This document shows positions 28,114 to 39,455 of a stretch of DNA of 64,000 nt, piece after piece. Position numbers and translations under genes: made by a program. The DNA lies in NCBI RefSeq assembly GCF_006345805.1, contig NC_043003.1, positions 55,304,001 through 55,368,000 on the forward strand, given 5' to 3'. The notes beneath the pieces are model-generated. The model was not told where the DNA came from, ran no database searches, and was given only the letters and a program-made list of their open reading frames with translations. Source of the DNA: Octopus sinensis. Lineage: Eukaryota. Position 1 is the stretch's first letter. Each line of letters opens with the position of its first letter.

Positions 28114-29390
28114 GAATGTATAAATATATGAATGTATATATATATATATATATATGTATATAGTGAAATAGAAAGATGAATAATCTTGTTGCAGATTAAT
28201 CAAAAGTTTAACCGATACCTTGGTAGCAAAAATCACACCAGAAGACAGCACGGTTGGAGGTACAACCATACATATGGTGTTGCAACCGTGCGTTGGTGCG
28301 GATAATTGAATTTTAATATTATTAGTGAATTGAAGAATGGAGTTGAACGAAGATTGAACAGAAATCGTTTTATTGCATTCTACACGTGTTTCGAAAGGCA
28401 CAATTACCAAATTCCGATTGAATAAGGAGACCATATTGTGTCTTTCTCTTCAGGAAGAAATAGGAAATCCGTTGGAAAAAACAAAAGCAGAACAGAGGCG
28501 GAGCAAAACAATCGAACGAGGCTCCTAAGAGCCCATGGCCAAACTGTTTATCAATGTATGTTGAAAACTGGTGGTGGGTGCGTTGAAGGTTTTAACGGGT
28601 CAGGCAGCGGTCATTCCGGTGGGTGGGAGCACGGGGTGCTTAGATGTTCTTTGTGACCAGACTAAAGTTCTGACTATTTAAAGAATATTAGGTGTATTAT
28701 ATGGGGCGAGACAAAATCTACTTAGAAACATGTGTGTGTGTACTGTTCTATATATGCGCGGATGCCGCAAGCGCTTTGGTAAGAAGCGCTACACTCTGGT
28801 CGCTGCTGAGAAATCCGTCAGGGGGTAGAAAATTTTTTTATGTGTTCGTATGTGCGTTTGATCACGCGGCCGTCAGTTGGTAAACAGCCCTACACAATGG
28901 TCACTGCTGTAAAATCCGTCGGGTGGCAGAAAAAAAATTTTTATGTGTGCGTGTGTTCGTCTAATCATGCCTTGTCAAAGAAACCCCCCGTCGTCACAAC
29001 AAACCACCATTCGTCTCCCAGGAGTAATTCCCCTTGCAATGATTAATCATATTTCTCTTAAAAGCTTTTTCAGAATTTATTTCCAAGGGCTATTTTCATA
29101 TAAGTAGTGTAACCGGGTGCAGGTATTATTTATAAGCGTTATTTATAAGCAAGATAAGTATAACGCCGCCAGTGGGGGCATCGAAAGGCCGACTGTAAAA
29201 GTCCGTTTACCATCCGGTCTCTGGCGGATATATATGTATATATATATATATATATAAGAAAATAGTAAAGTGTGAAAAAACGACAGAAGGCTTAAATGTT
29301 AAAAAATATATATATTTGTGTCAAAATGTCTGGAGAATATTGGAAAAAATTTTTTTCCTTTCCTTAAAATGACATAATTTTAAAATTTTA

Positions 29391-29429
29391 AAGAAATTAC
29401 CGGTTTCGCGTGTAGCTTTTCAATTTCTT
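29391..29429 (-). ncRNA. Minimal hammerhead-like motif in the PLE 3' region (left arm; one U short in the core)
   Basis: Minus strand reads AAGAAAT-TGAAAA-GC TACAC GC-GAAA-CCGG-TA-ATTTCTT. Confidence 0.5.
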
Positions 29430-31029
29430 GTGACGTTATTGTTATATTGCATGGAATTATCGTTGTTTTTATTTCCAGGAGATTTCTAAATAAGGGGAGG
29501 TAGGGAGTTGATTTTTTCGGTGTAGGGAGATAATCGCGCTTAAAAAATTTTTTTTTTTTTTCCAATTTCCTTGTTAATTTCTCTGTGTCAGTATGTTCGG
29601 ATGGTTGAGTCTGGGTTTGTACTTTTCAATGAAGAATGTTTCCTTGTTCAGTCTCATTTGTGTTGATGATCCGAAAGCACATTGGTAAAATGGGAAGATT
29701 AAAAATTGTGGCAGTAGTTGCTTTGCGCATTTCTCAATGTGCTCACTAAAAGGTATCATTCATATTCTGGGAATGCAATCTGTTGTCGATGCAGTGTGCA
29801 TCTGCGCCTGAGTGATAGTCCCGTGGAACCCACGTAGTCTTGGTGGCAGCCCGAGCATTTGATAACATAAATTATGTTTTCAGAGGCACAAGTAAAGTTA
29901 GATTTGATCTTAAATTTCTGTCCCTCTTTAAAGAAGAATTCTGATCCTCCAATAGGTTAGGACATGTTGCACAGTTCGATCTACCACATTTTTTTACTTT
30001 TGCATCCGTAATTTTAGAAGACAATTTTGCCTTTGTGAGAACTTTTTAAGTGATTTAGGCTGTTTGTAGCTTTTAATGATTTGGTGTATGTTTAGAATTT
30101 CCTTTAATTTTGGGTTTTTATGAGTATTGGTAAATTCTGGGTGATGATGGTGAAGGCTTCTTGTGTTTCTGGGGTTGTATGTAGATATTGTAAGGTAGTA
30201 TTTTCGGGAAGGTGTGTTTGTTGTGTTGAACTTTTCTTAAAGTTTCTATGTTGATTCTGTTGCACGTCTGATCCCATCCTGATACATGGAATAATCATTT
30301 ACCAGGAATCTCTATCAATCTTGGAAACTCCCTCTCTCAATACATAAAAGAGAATTGGAACGATTCTTAGACGATTGTTTCATTCTCTGGAATGAAAAAC
30401 ATAGATAAACTCCTAAAAATTAAAACCTATTGAACAGCATAAACCCAAATATACAGTTCACAATGGAATACAACCAAAAGGAGCTCCCGTTCTTGGATAT
30501 ACTAATTAAAAAAATTAACCTTAAAATAGAAACAGACATTTTTTACAAAGCCACAGACGCCCAAACAATACCTTCTTTTTAATTCACTGCCCCCAAGACA
30601 CACTAAAACAAACATCCCCTTCAACCTTGCAAGAAGGATATGCACAATAGTGTCAGAACAAAATACCAGGGACTTTAGACTGCAAGAACTCAAAAACACC
30701 CTAATTGACAGACATTACCCAGCTCAACTCATAGAGGATGGGATCAGACGTGCAACAGAAATCAACATAGAAACTTTAAGAAAAGTTCACACAACAACAC
30801 ACCTTCCCCGAAAATACTACCTTACATATCTACATACAACCCAGCAAAACCAAGAAGCCTTCACCATCATCACCCAGAATTTACCAATACTTCATAAAAA
30901 ACCCAAAAATTAAAGGAAAATTCTAAACATACACCAAATCATTAAAAGCTACAAACAGCCTAAATCACTTAAAAAGATTCTCACAAAGGCAAAATTGTCT
31001 TCTAAAATTACGGATGCAAAAGTAAAAAA

Positions 31030-31449
31030 ATGTGTGGTAGATCGAACTGTGCAACATGTCCTAACCTATTGGAAGGATCAGAATTCTTCTTTAAAGAGGG
31101 ACAGAAATTTAAGATCAAATCTAACTTTACTTGTGCCTCTGAAAACATAATTTATGTTATCAAATGCTCGGGCTGCCACCAAGACTACGTGGGTTCCACG
31201 GGACTATCACTCAGGCGCAGATGCACACTGCATCGACAACAGATTGCATTCCCAGAATATAGAATGATACCTTTTAGTGAGCACATTGAGAAATGCGCAA
31301 AGCAACTACTGCCACAATTTTTAATCTTCCCATTTTACCAATGTGCTTTCGGATCATCAACACAAATGAGACTGAACAAGGAAACATTCTTCATTGAAAA
31401 GTACAAACCCAGACTCAACCATCCGAACATACTGACACAGAGAAATTAA
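31030..31449 (+). CDS. PLE GIY-YIG endonuclease domain with Cys-rich linker (C-terminal part of a frameshifted PLE ORF)
   Basis: CGRSNCATCP…FTCASENIIYVIKCSGCHQDYVGSTGLSLRRRCTLH…RLNKETFFIEKYKPRLN: an IY…YVG GIY-YIG motif with internal CxxC, as in Neptune-type PLEs. The mirror copy at about 29574-29995 (-) carries additional indels. Confidence 0.85.
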   Translation: MCGRSNCATCPNLLEGSEFFFKEGQKFKIKSNFTCASENIIYVIKCSGCHQDYVGSTGLSLRRRCTLHRQQIAFPEYRMIPFSEHIEKCAKQLLPQFLIFPFYQCAFGSSTQMRLNKETFFIEKYKPRLNHPNILTQRN

Positions 31450-31592
31450 CAAGGAAATGGGAAAAAAAAAAAAAATTTTTTAAGCGATTATCTCCCCTAC
31501 ACCGGAAAAAATCACTCACTACCTCCCCTTATTTAGAAATCTCCTGGAAATAAAAACAACGATAATTCCATGCAATATAAACATAACGTCAC

Positions 31593-31633
31593 AAGAAATT
31601 TGAAAAGCTACACGCGGAAACCGGTAATTTCTT
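31593..31633 (+). ncRNA. Minimal hammerhead-like motif in the PLE 3' region (right arm; U3-A8 core, one extra G before GAAA)
   Basis: AAGAAAT (31593-31599), TTGAAAA (31600-31606), GCTACACGCG, GAAA (31617-31620), CCGG, TA, ATTTCTT (31627-31633). Stem I has 7 bp. Confidence 0.55.
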
Positions 31634-31914
31634 TAAAATTTTAAAATTATGTCATTTTAAGGAAAGGAAAAAATTTTTCCAATATTCTCCAGACATTTTG
31701 ACACAAATATATATATATTTTTTAACATTTAAGCCTTCTGTCGTTTTTTCACACTTTACTATTCTTATATATTACCCACGTGCTTTACCACAACAAACTT
31801 TCTTATCCTATATAATATATATATATATATATATATTAATAAATATTAGGAATAAATCCCAATTTAAGGGAAAAAATCAGATTTAGGATTACATCCAATT
31901 TTATAGTAAAATAT

Positions 31915-32038
31915 TATATAATATTATTAGAGACAAAACCACTATTTTGCAAAACAAACAAGAAAAATTTATGTATTGATTAAGTCTTTTCTTGTTTGTT
32001 TTGCAAAATAGTGGTTTTGTCTCTAATAATATTATATA
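31915..32038. repeat. Perfect inverted repeat, 52-bp arms, 20-bp spacer
   Basis: 31915-31966 (…TATTATTAGAGACAAAACCACTATTTTGCAAAACAAACAAGAAAA) is the exact reverse complement of 31987-32038. Confidence 0.9.
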
Positions 32039-32064
32039 TATATTATATATTTATATATACATTC

Positions 32065-32490
32065 AGGAGTGGCTGTGTGGTAAGTAGCTTGTCTACCAAC
32101 CCCATGGTTCCGGGTTCAGTCCCACTGCGTGGCATCTTGGGCAAGTGTCTTCTGCTATAGCCCCGGGCCGACCAATGCCTTGTGAGTGGATTTGGTAGAC
32201 GGAAACTGAAAGAAGCCTGTCGTATATGTATATATATATATATATGCATGTGTGTGTGTGTTTGTGCGTGTGTGTTTGTGTGTCTGTGTTTGTCCCCCTA
32301 GCATTGCTTGACAACCGATGTTGGTGTGTTTACGTCCCCGTCACTTAGCGGTTCGGCAAAAAGCGACTGATAGAATAAGTACTGGGCTTACAAAGAATAA
32401 GTCCCGGGGTCGATTTGCTTGACTAAAGGCGGTGCTCCAGCATGGCCGCAGTCAAAATGACTGAAACAAGTAAAAGAGTAAAAGAGTATA
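32065..32490 (+). mobile_element. SINE family A, full length (tRNA-derived head, internal microsatellite)
   Basis: A-box-like TGGCTGTGTGGTAAG and B-box-like GGGTTCAGTCCC, internal (AT)n/(GT)n, tail …GGCGGTGCTCCAGCATGGCCGCAGTC…GAAACAAGTAAAAGAG. Partial copies at 1960-2112, 37672-37830, 41620-41730, 43810-43990, 51590-51830, 54735-54950 and 60030-60160. Confidence 0.85.
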
Positions 32491-32529
32491 TAACAATACA
32501 TATATACATAGAGAAATAGATTAATTGAC

Positions 32530-32975
32530 AGGCGCAGGAGTACCTCTGTGGTACGAAGCTCACTTTCCAACAACATGATTCTAGGTTCAGTCCACTGCAT
32601 GGCAACTTGTCCGATCAAATCCTTGTGAGTGTGTTTGGTAGAAGCAAAATTCTACCGTCGCATAAATATTTATATATACATTTATATATTTTTATATTCA
32701 TATATGCATTTAGATAGCTAGATACATACTTATGTGTGTGTGTGTTTGTGTGTGTGTGTATGAGCATATGTTTATGCGTCTGTCCCTCACCATCACTTGA
32801 CAACCGATATTGGTGTGTTTACGTCCCCGTAACCTATAGGTTCGGTAAAAGAAACCGATAGAACAAGTAATGCACTTACAAAGAATAAGTCCTGGGTTAA
32901 ATTTGGTAGACTAAAGGTGATGCTCCAGCTTGGCCGCAGTCAAACTGACTGAAACAAATAGAAGAATAAAAATAA
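32530..32975 (+). mobile_element. SINE family A, second more diverged tandem copy
   Basis: Same head-microsatellite-tail layout immediately downstream of 32065-32490. Confidence 0.8.
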
Positions 32976-33689
32976 AAGAAAGATATATTGACAGATAGAC
33001 ACATAGACAGACAGACAGGTAGATAGATAGATGTTTACGTGTGTATGACTGTGCATTACTCAAACGAGAAACGTATCATGTTTATTTCGTAAAACTACTG
33101 ACACTATTTTGACCAAGAAAAATACCATCATAGAAGATGCCTCACAGAGCGATGGGAACCGGAAGCAGAGGTTCTTAAAGGAAATATCGTAACAAATACA
33201 TGTCTGGACACGTATTCCATTTTTCTGTACTTCGTTTTAATTGCAAAGAACTTTTATCATATTTTAGAACATATAATGTTTATACATTAATACAGCGTTA
33301 TTATTTCCTTTAGGGACATGCACGATATTGATCATTCTGTTTTAAAATATCATTTTGTTTTAATTTTGTGAAAATATATATATATTTTTATATATATTTT
33401 TATTTTTATTCTTCTTAATCAGGTGGTGCTATTAAGTTAGACATGGCCTGGACCAATCTCTGGTCGAAACATATCTAAGTTTTATCTAAGTTATATATAT
33501 ATATATATATATATAAACAACTTATAAACAAGGGCAACATAAGTTGTTTATAATTTTAACCTTAAAGGTATTTTAATATGCTGCCACTTTTTTGATGAAA
33601 TGTTTTTCTGTAGAAAAACTTTATACTATATTAGTAGTAGTAGTAGTAGTAGTAGTAATAGTAGTAGTAGTATATATATATATATATGT

Positions 33690-33980
33690 TTGTTCCTCCT
33701 CGAGCCATGCCTGGCTCACAGGGCCGTTTTACCGATTTCCTTTGCGTAAAGTTTTTCCACCTGGACGGGACGCCGGTCCGTCGCAGGTGAGCTGCAACAT
33801 GCAGGAGAAAAGAGTGAGAGAAAGTTGTGGCAAAAGAGTCAGCAGAACTTTGCAATTACCTTCTGCCGGAGCCGCGTGGAGCTTAGGTGTTTCGCTCATA
33901 AACAGGCACATCCCCCGGTTTGCGATTCGAACCCGCAATCCCTCGACCGCTGCTCTAACTACTAGGCGATGTGCCTCCGC
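33690..33980 (-). mobile_element. SINE family C (tRNA-derived head)
   Basis: Minus-strand head …TAGTAGTTAGAGCAGCGG…GCGGGTTCGAATCGC. Body …GGCTCCGGCAGAAGG…GTCCAGGTGG. Related copies at 40612-40905 (-), 48050-48235 (+) and 63465-63768 (-). Confidence 0.8.
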
Positions 33981-35878
33981 TATGTGTACATATATATATA
34001 TATATAAGTGAACGGCAATCTGAGGTCTGCTATTAGTGTATGCCACCAAATTATGCGCCATGCCTTTTGCTGTTTACTTCTGGGAAACTATTGCCCATAG
34101 CTGATATATCTATCAACAATGGGCAATAGCTATGATATTTATATATCAGGTGTACGATGCAGGACTTTGAAAATGTAGAAAAAGGAGAATATGATGAAAT
34201 ACTTGACATATATGACACAATCAAAATTTAGAAAAGCTATATAGAATTTTATGGCTATAAATTGCTTGTAAACAATGAGACAAAAAAAAAGCAGCCCCAT
34301 TTATGTGTGTTTGTCTGCGGTTATATTAGCGTGCGTCATGTATTTGCTTTATATATTATTGTATTTTTCGTTTTAGACGTTTTAGATGTGTGAATTTGTG
34401 CACTAAAAACATTATTAAACTTATATAATTCAACTATTTCAACCAAAATTTATTACAACTGGGAAATATGATTGCATTTTAATTATTAATCAATTTACGT
34501 TTCAGAAGTGTTTTATATCTTTTCTTTCATGGAGAGGTATTTAGAGTTTGGAGTCTGATTTAATATGTATTCGTCCTCTTTAATGACGTCGTATATGTTA
34601 TTCCATATAACGAACCGTTGGGATATGTTCCACTAGATATTTTTATTTGATTTTGCTTCTAGTTATTCTTTTTATAATCCTCTCTATATAGATATCTGGG
34701 AATTGCGTTTGCTTGTGCTTGTTTTCTTTCCGTTGTTTATATTCACCGTTTATACAACATATCTAATTGACGCTCATATTAGTCTATACATAAGTGATAT
34801 AATTTTTTCGTCTTTGATAAACCTACATACATACATATACATGTGTATACTCTAACACATCTATATATTGATAAGTACGTACGCATGTACATTCATATAT
34901 ATAGATATTCGACTATTCGTTCCTTTGCTTTTGAACGGCTATTAGTTCATAAATTTGTCGTGTTTTATTCGTCTGTATAAAAGTAATGTTCTGCATTTTT
35001 GTAAGTAAATAAATAAATGTTTCTCTTTCAACTATCAGTTTATTCCGATATGTCTTTATGATACCAAAGTTTCTATTTGCACGAACTTTTGCGAATACAT
35101 GGCTGTTTACAATTTTATTAAAGCTTTTCATATCACACTCTTCGTATATATGCAATGCAATCAAAGCAGACACACGTTTAGTTAATTGGAATTGAGAGAT
35201 TTGATTATTTCTCAGTCCATTTATACACAGGATAATTTCCAGTATGACGAATAGGTCAGTATTTTCCATTTGTACTCGCATTTTTAATTTTACTTTTACT
35301 AATTTCAGTAATATTCTGATGCCATGTTGTGGCACAAGCTTTGGTGCGATTGGTTTTTATTTCGCATTCACTTCCCTTCCTTTTTTATGGAGTTGCTTCT
35401 GATGAAGTGCTTAGTTGAACGTAGATGTTCTTGTTCGAGTTTGCTGCAGAGATGTGAGTGTATCTGCCATGCCAGGGAAAATCACTGAGGTTGAAATTTT
35501 GTGTACCCACGAAAACAACGTTGGTCTAGGAAGGTCGGATCTTTTGTACCTTGCAGTAACGTATAGCTTTCAATCTCCAAGTTGGAAACTCGACTTCATA
35601 GGATCTCGTATATATATGCGCGTACGTGCATGTGAGAGTATGCGAGTGCGTGTGTATATATCCTCTGTATTGTTCTGAATATCTATCACACAAACCTATG
35701 CAGATTTCGGTATACGAGTAGCTATTGAGGAAGTTTTTCCGTTCATAGACGTGGAAGTTAAAGATGTTAGCAAGCATCTAGATAAATAGAAATTCCGTTC
35801 TCTGTTTCTTCGGATTTGTAGGACGGGGTTGTCTATCCGCTGATTTCATCCTGAAGACAATTGTGCTTTCTTGTTTAG

Positions 35879-35951
35879 GTGCTGTCAGCGTTATCCAGAC
35901 ATCACCATGAAGTTCTGCTTCATATTCTTCATTTACAAATTGGAATGGAAG
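35879..35951 (+). CDS. Candidate exon of an unidentified host gene
   Basis: Acceptor GCTTTCTTGTTTAG|G and perfect donor AAG|GTGAGT (35952). It contains ACCATG at 35907 reading MKFCFIFFIYKLEWK; a second frame (VLSALSRHHHEVLLHILHLQIGME) is also open. Confidence 0.35.
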
Positions 35952-36310
35952 GTGAGTATGCACAGAGGACAGACTAACTAAGCTAAATTTTCAGAAAGTG
36001 TATCAGAACTTTAGGAATGAATAGACATTCTCCAATCATGATCCTATATACCGGTTAACAAAGCTAAGAGTAATCAAGTACCTTTGTGATTTCCTTAACT
36101 TACTCTAGGTTGTTGTATTATTACTAGATATTGATACCCTATACTTAATCACACCTCTTGCTTTCTATATATGAATCTGTGTCTTTTCTTTGTTTGTTTT
36201 TGTGGTTAGGCCTTGCAATATCCTTTATTTCATGTTCTTTATCGGAATCAGTATATTAATTTCTACGCTCCCCACAAATGTTCTCGATTTTGTGTCTATT
36301 AGGCATTGTC

Positions 36311-36407
36311 ATGAGACGCAGTGTTCCTAAAGAGGTGTTAGAGCGCCGAATACACCCGGGTATTATATTCGGTGCTCTAACACCTCTTTAGGTTCAGTGC
36401 GTCTCAT
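36311..36407. repeat. Near-perfect hairpin, 42-nt arms, 13-nt loop
   Basis: ATGAGACGCAGTGTTCCTAAAGAGGTGTTAGAGCGCCGAATA pairs with TATTCGGTGCTCTAACACCTCTTTAGGTTCAGTGCGTCTCAT (one G-U, three mismatches). Confidence 0.9.
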
Positions 36408-37085
36408 AATAATTTCTTATAAGCACAAGATCAAGAATATTTCTTACTGGCACAAGATCAACAAATCTGGCCAATGTCCATCTCTCCTTTTACATTTTCG
36501 GGAATGATAAATAAACAACCAATCAAATAATAACAATGAAATTAGTGGACTACTACAAATTCCAGCAGCCATAGCTATATGTGAAACATTTATTAACTTT
36601 TTCAGCAGATAGTTCATCAGCTGATGCAGTAAGCTACCTTAGATATTTTCCAGATTCTGTGAGTCTATAAAAATGCTGCATCTATGTCTTACGTATTTTT
36701 GACGTGAATAAGATAATGTAACAATCAAGAAATATGATCAAACCCAATGACTAACGATTACTTTCAAACTATTGGTCTTGTGACTAATTTAGAGAGAATT
36801 ATTAAAACTACATGCATTTAATATTATTATGTCATTAAGGTTGCTATATAATTTGATAGTTTTGTGCTTGTTCTCCGTATATTTTATACGTGTTTTAAAA
36901 ATGCAAACGTTCCCTCGTACACATTTTCGAGCACAATCATTTATGTATATATGCATATATGTACCTCGCTCTGTCTGTATTTTTCTTATCTTTCCCTTCA
37001 GACATCCGTATATATATATATATGTACATATATACATAGATGTTTGGATAGATAGACAGACAGAAGAGTGAAAATAATTATACAT

Positions 37086-37149
<64 letters not shown>

Positions 37150-38964
37150 GTGCACATAAGTTTTCACTTGGTATGATTCTAATTCTGCACATAACTCACT
37201 GCTGCTTATAACATACCATGTAGATTACATTATTTAATGATGAAATATATTACCTTCTCAGCGATGCTATTGTTGAGAAGGAAACAGTCGTCGTTCTTAC
37301 AGGAAAATTATAAATTATGAAAAGACACGTGAAAGTAACATCAGATACACATTGAAATTAATGCATAATACTTTCTGAATCTCCGGACACTTTCGTTCAT
37401 CATCTGTCCACTAAATCTATGTCGTTGGATACATACATATCTACATACATGCATACATATTAGTTCAAACAAACACGTTCATAAACGCACATTCACACAC
37501 ACACACATTCAAACACTCACAGATATTTGTATAATAGCTGATATAATTATTGGCTGGCTGTTTGGTTGGTCTCTTGAATAATAAGGTTATACTTTGTGTC
37601 GTACAGAGGGTGTCAAAATTAGATATAGAGTGTGTTATCTCGGGTATGTTCCGGCTGATTACAGATATAGACATGCTGTGCGATGAGAAGTATGCATCCA
37701 AACCATACAGTTCTGGTTTCAGTCCCACTACGCGGCACATTGGGGCAGTGTTTTATACTCTAGCCTCGGGCCGACCAAATCCTTGTGTGTGGACTTCGCT
37801 GACAAGAACTGAAACAAGCCAGTCGTATAGATGAATGCCGGCAGAATTCAACATGACAAGATTGAAGTGGGATATAATAAGTAAAATGAAATCATATAGA
37901 ATTGGAAATAGGTCATGTCTGTTATGTACCCATGAATTCATGGAGATATTATGGACCAAACGGGACTTCTAAACGCTCAGAAGGAAAGAAAAATAAAATG
38001 TAAACATAGACTGAAATGCTTAATTAATAAGGTCTAACACTAAATTTAAATCGTAAGTATTATTACCACTATTATTATTTAATATGAACGTACTAGTTTA
38101 AATTAACTTATCATTCGATGTGGGGAGGTATAGAAGCGCGGTGTGAATGAACAAAGGGTGAGAATAATACGAAATTAAAGAAAGTAATGCTCTCATGATG
38201 CATTTATTTTATTTCCCTGAAACCATTGTTACTATTAAGTTAATATGCTAATTAAGTAATAGTTTAAAAGAAGCAGGTAGTAGGTGGGAGTGTAATGTTC
38301 GCCGAGCCTTGCGACGTTAAGCCGTAATTAATACGTAGTAGGACAATTGTAGTCAACGGTAGTTTATACATATCTTTTACGACATTTCTTTTACGTTACC
38401 CTTAAGTTATTTTTACATTTAATTTTTTTAAATTTTTATCATTCGTATCATTTGTAAATTTTAGTTTTGCATTTTGTCATTCGTACTATAGTTTTTATTC
38501 GAATATATTTATTTGGCATTGCTGTTATTATTATATCATCACAAGTATATATTTTATTTGTTATCCCTACATATTAATTTTATATGAATGTTTACAGACA
38601 CAAGTTACGTGAGAATTTAGTAGCTGTAATTTTTTTTGTACTTTTTAATTTTGTTTACTTTTATTTTTTATTTTTATTAATTTTATTAATTTTATTTGAA
38701 TTAAATTATGGCTTGCACATTAAGGTCCGGCGAATCTATTTGCACATATCGAACTATGATAAAGTTATTTAGAGGCTTGATGATTGGGGTTACATTTCAA
38801 GAAAGGTTCCTGCGTGCTTAAGGAACCGTAAAATGAAGCTCACGAAAACCGTGTTGCTGAGAAATGAGTAGTAAGTATTAAATTACATTAAAATACTTTT
38901 ATATGGTGTGATGAAGGGGGCTACTATCTCTAAATAACATATATATACATATATATATATCCTT

Positions 38965-39248
38965 TGTATCTTAAATTTTTTTTTCTCATCAAAATTTTTT
39001 CATCCGATTTTACACCATTCGATCGTCGCATCTAGAGAATTGCAGTCTGTGTAATCAGCCTCAGGGTATCATCCACATAATCCGATCCAATATTGGGTTT
39101 CTTTCACCCCGTTTCAAAATGCAGTCCAGTATTTAAACTGCTTAAGTCCGATGGTATGGCTGCTGTCTGAAGAAGGAACAAGGGTTGTACGTGCGTGAAA
39201 CTTTTAGTAGCGTGGGTCATACATGTGAAGTGGTCATCAAAAGCAATA

Positions 39249-39335
<87 letters not shown>

Positions 39336-39455
39336 GTGTGTGTGCGTGTGTGTATTTGTGTGTCTGTATTTGTCCACCGAACATCGCTTCACTACCGTTG
39401 CTGGTGTGTTTGCATCCCCGTAACTAAGCAGTTCGGCAAAAGAGACTGATAATAT
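38965..39455 (+). repeat. Dispersed direct repeat (copy 1), paired with 43522-43927
   Basis: Shared …TTTTCTCATCAAAATT…GCATCTAGAGAATTGCAGTCTGTGTAATCAGCC…CTGAAGAA…GTGAAAC…GGTCATCAAAA segment followed by a family A SINE tail fragment. Confidence 0.85.

Larger units (their letters stand above)
29250..31771 (+). mobile_element. Penelope-like retroelement (Neptune-like): 5'-truncated copy 30281-31771 preceded by an inverted copy of its 3' ~1 kb (29250-30280)
   Basis: RT motifs RFLDDC (30361-30378), LNSINPNIQFTMEYNQKELPFLDILI (30430-30507) and NIPFNLARRICTIVSE; GIY-YIG ORF at 31030-31449. Arms 29250-30280 and 30735-31771 are reverse complements apart from scattered 1-2 nt indels. Confidence 0.9.

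Noticed and set aside
27688-28434. 248-aa minus-strand ORF
   Set aside because: Its length comes from (AT)n/(ATGT)n translation (IYIYIY); the N-terminal part has no recognisable motif.
32065-32140. SINE heads (also at 11365, 48050, 54120, 60915) as tRNA genes
   Set aside because: They have A/B boxes but no complete cloverleaf and continue into shared SINE bodies.
34913-35335. 140-aa minus-strand ORF in non-repetitive DNA
   Set aside because: No motif, splice support or recognisable homology; by rough estimate about one ORF of this length is expected by chance in six frames of 64 kb.
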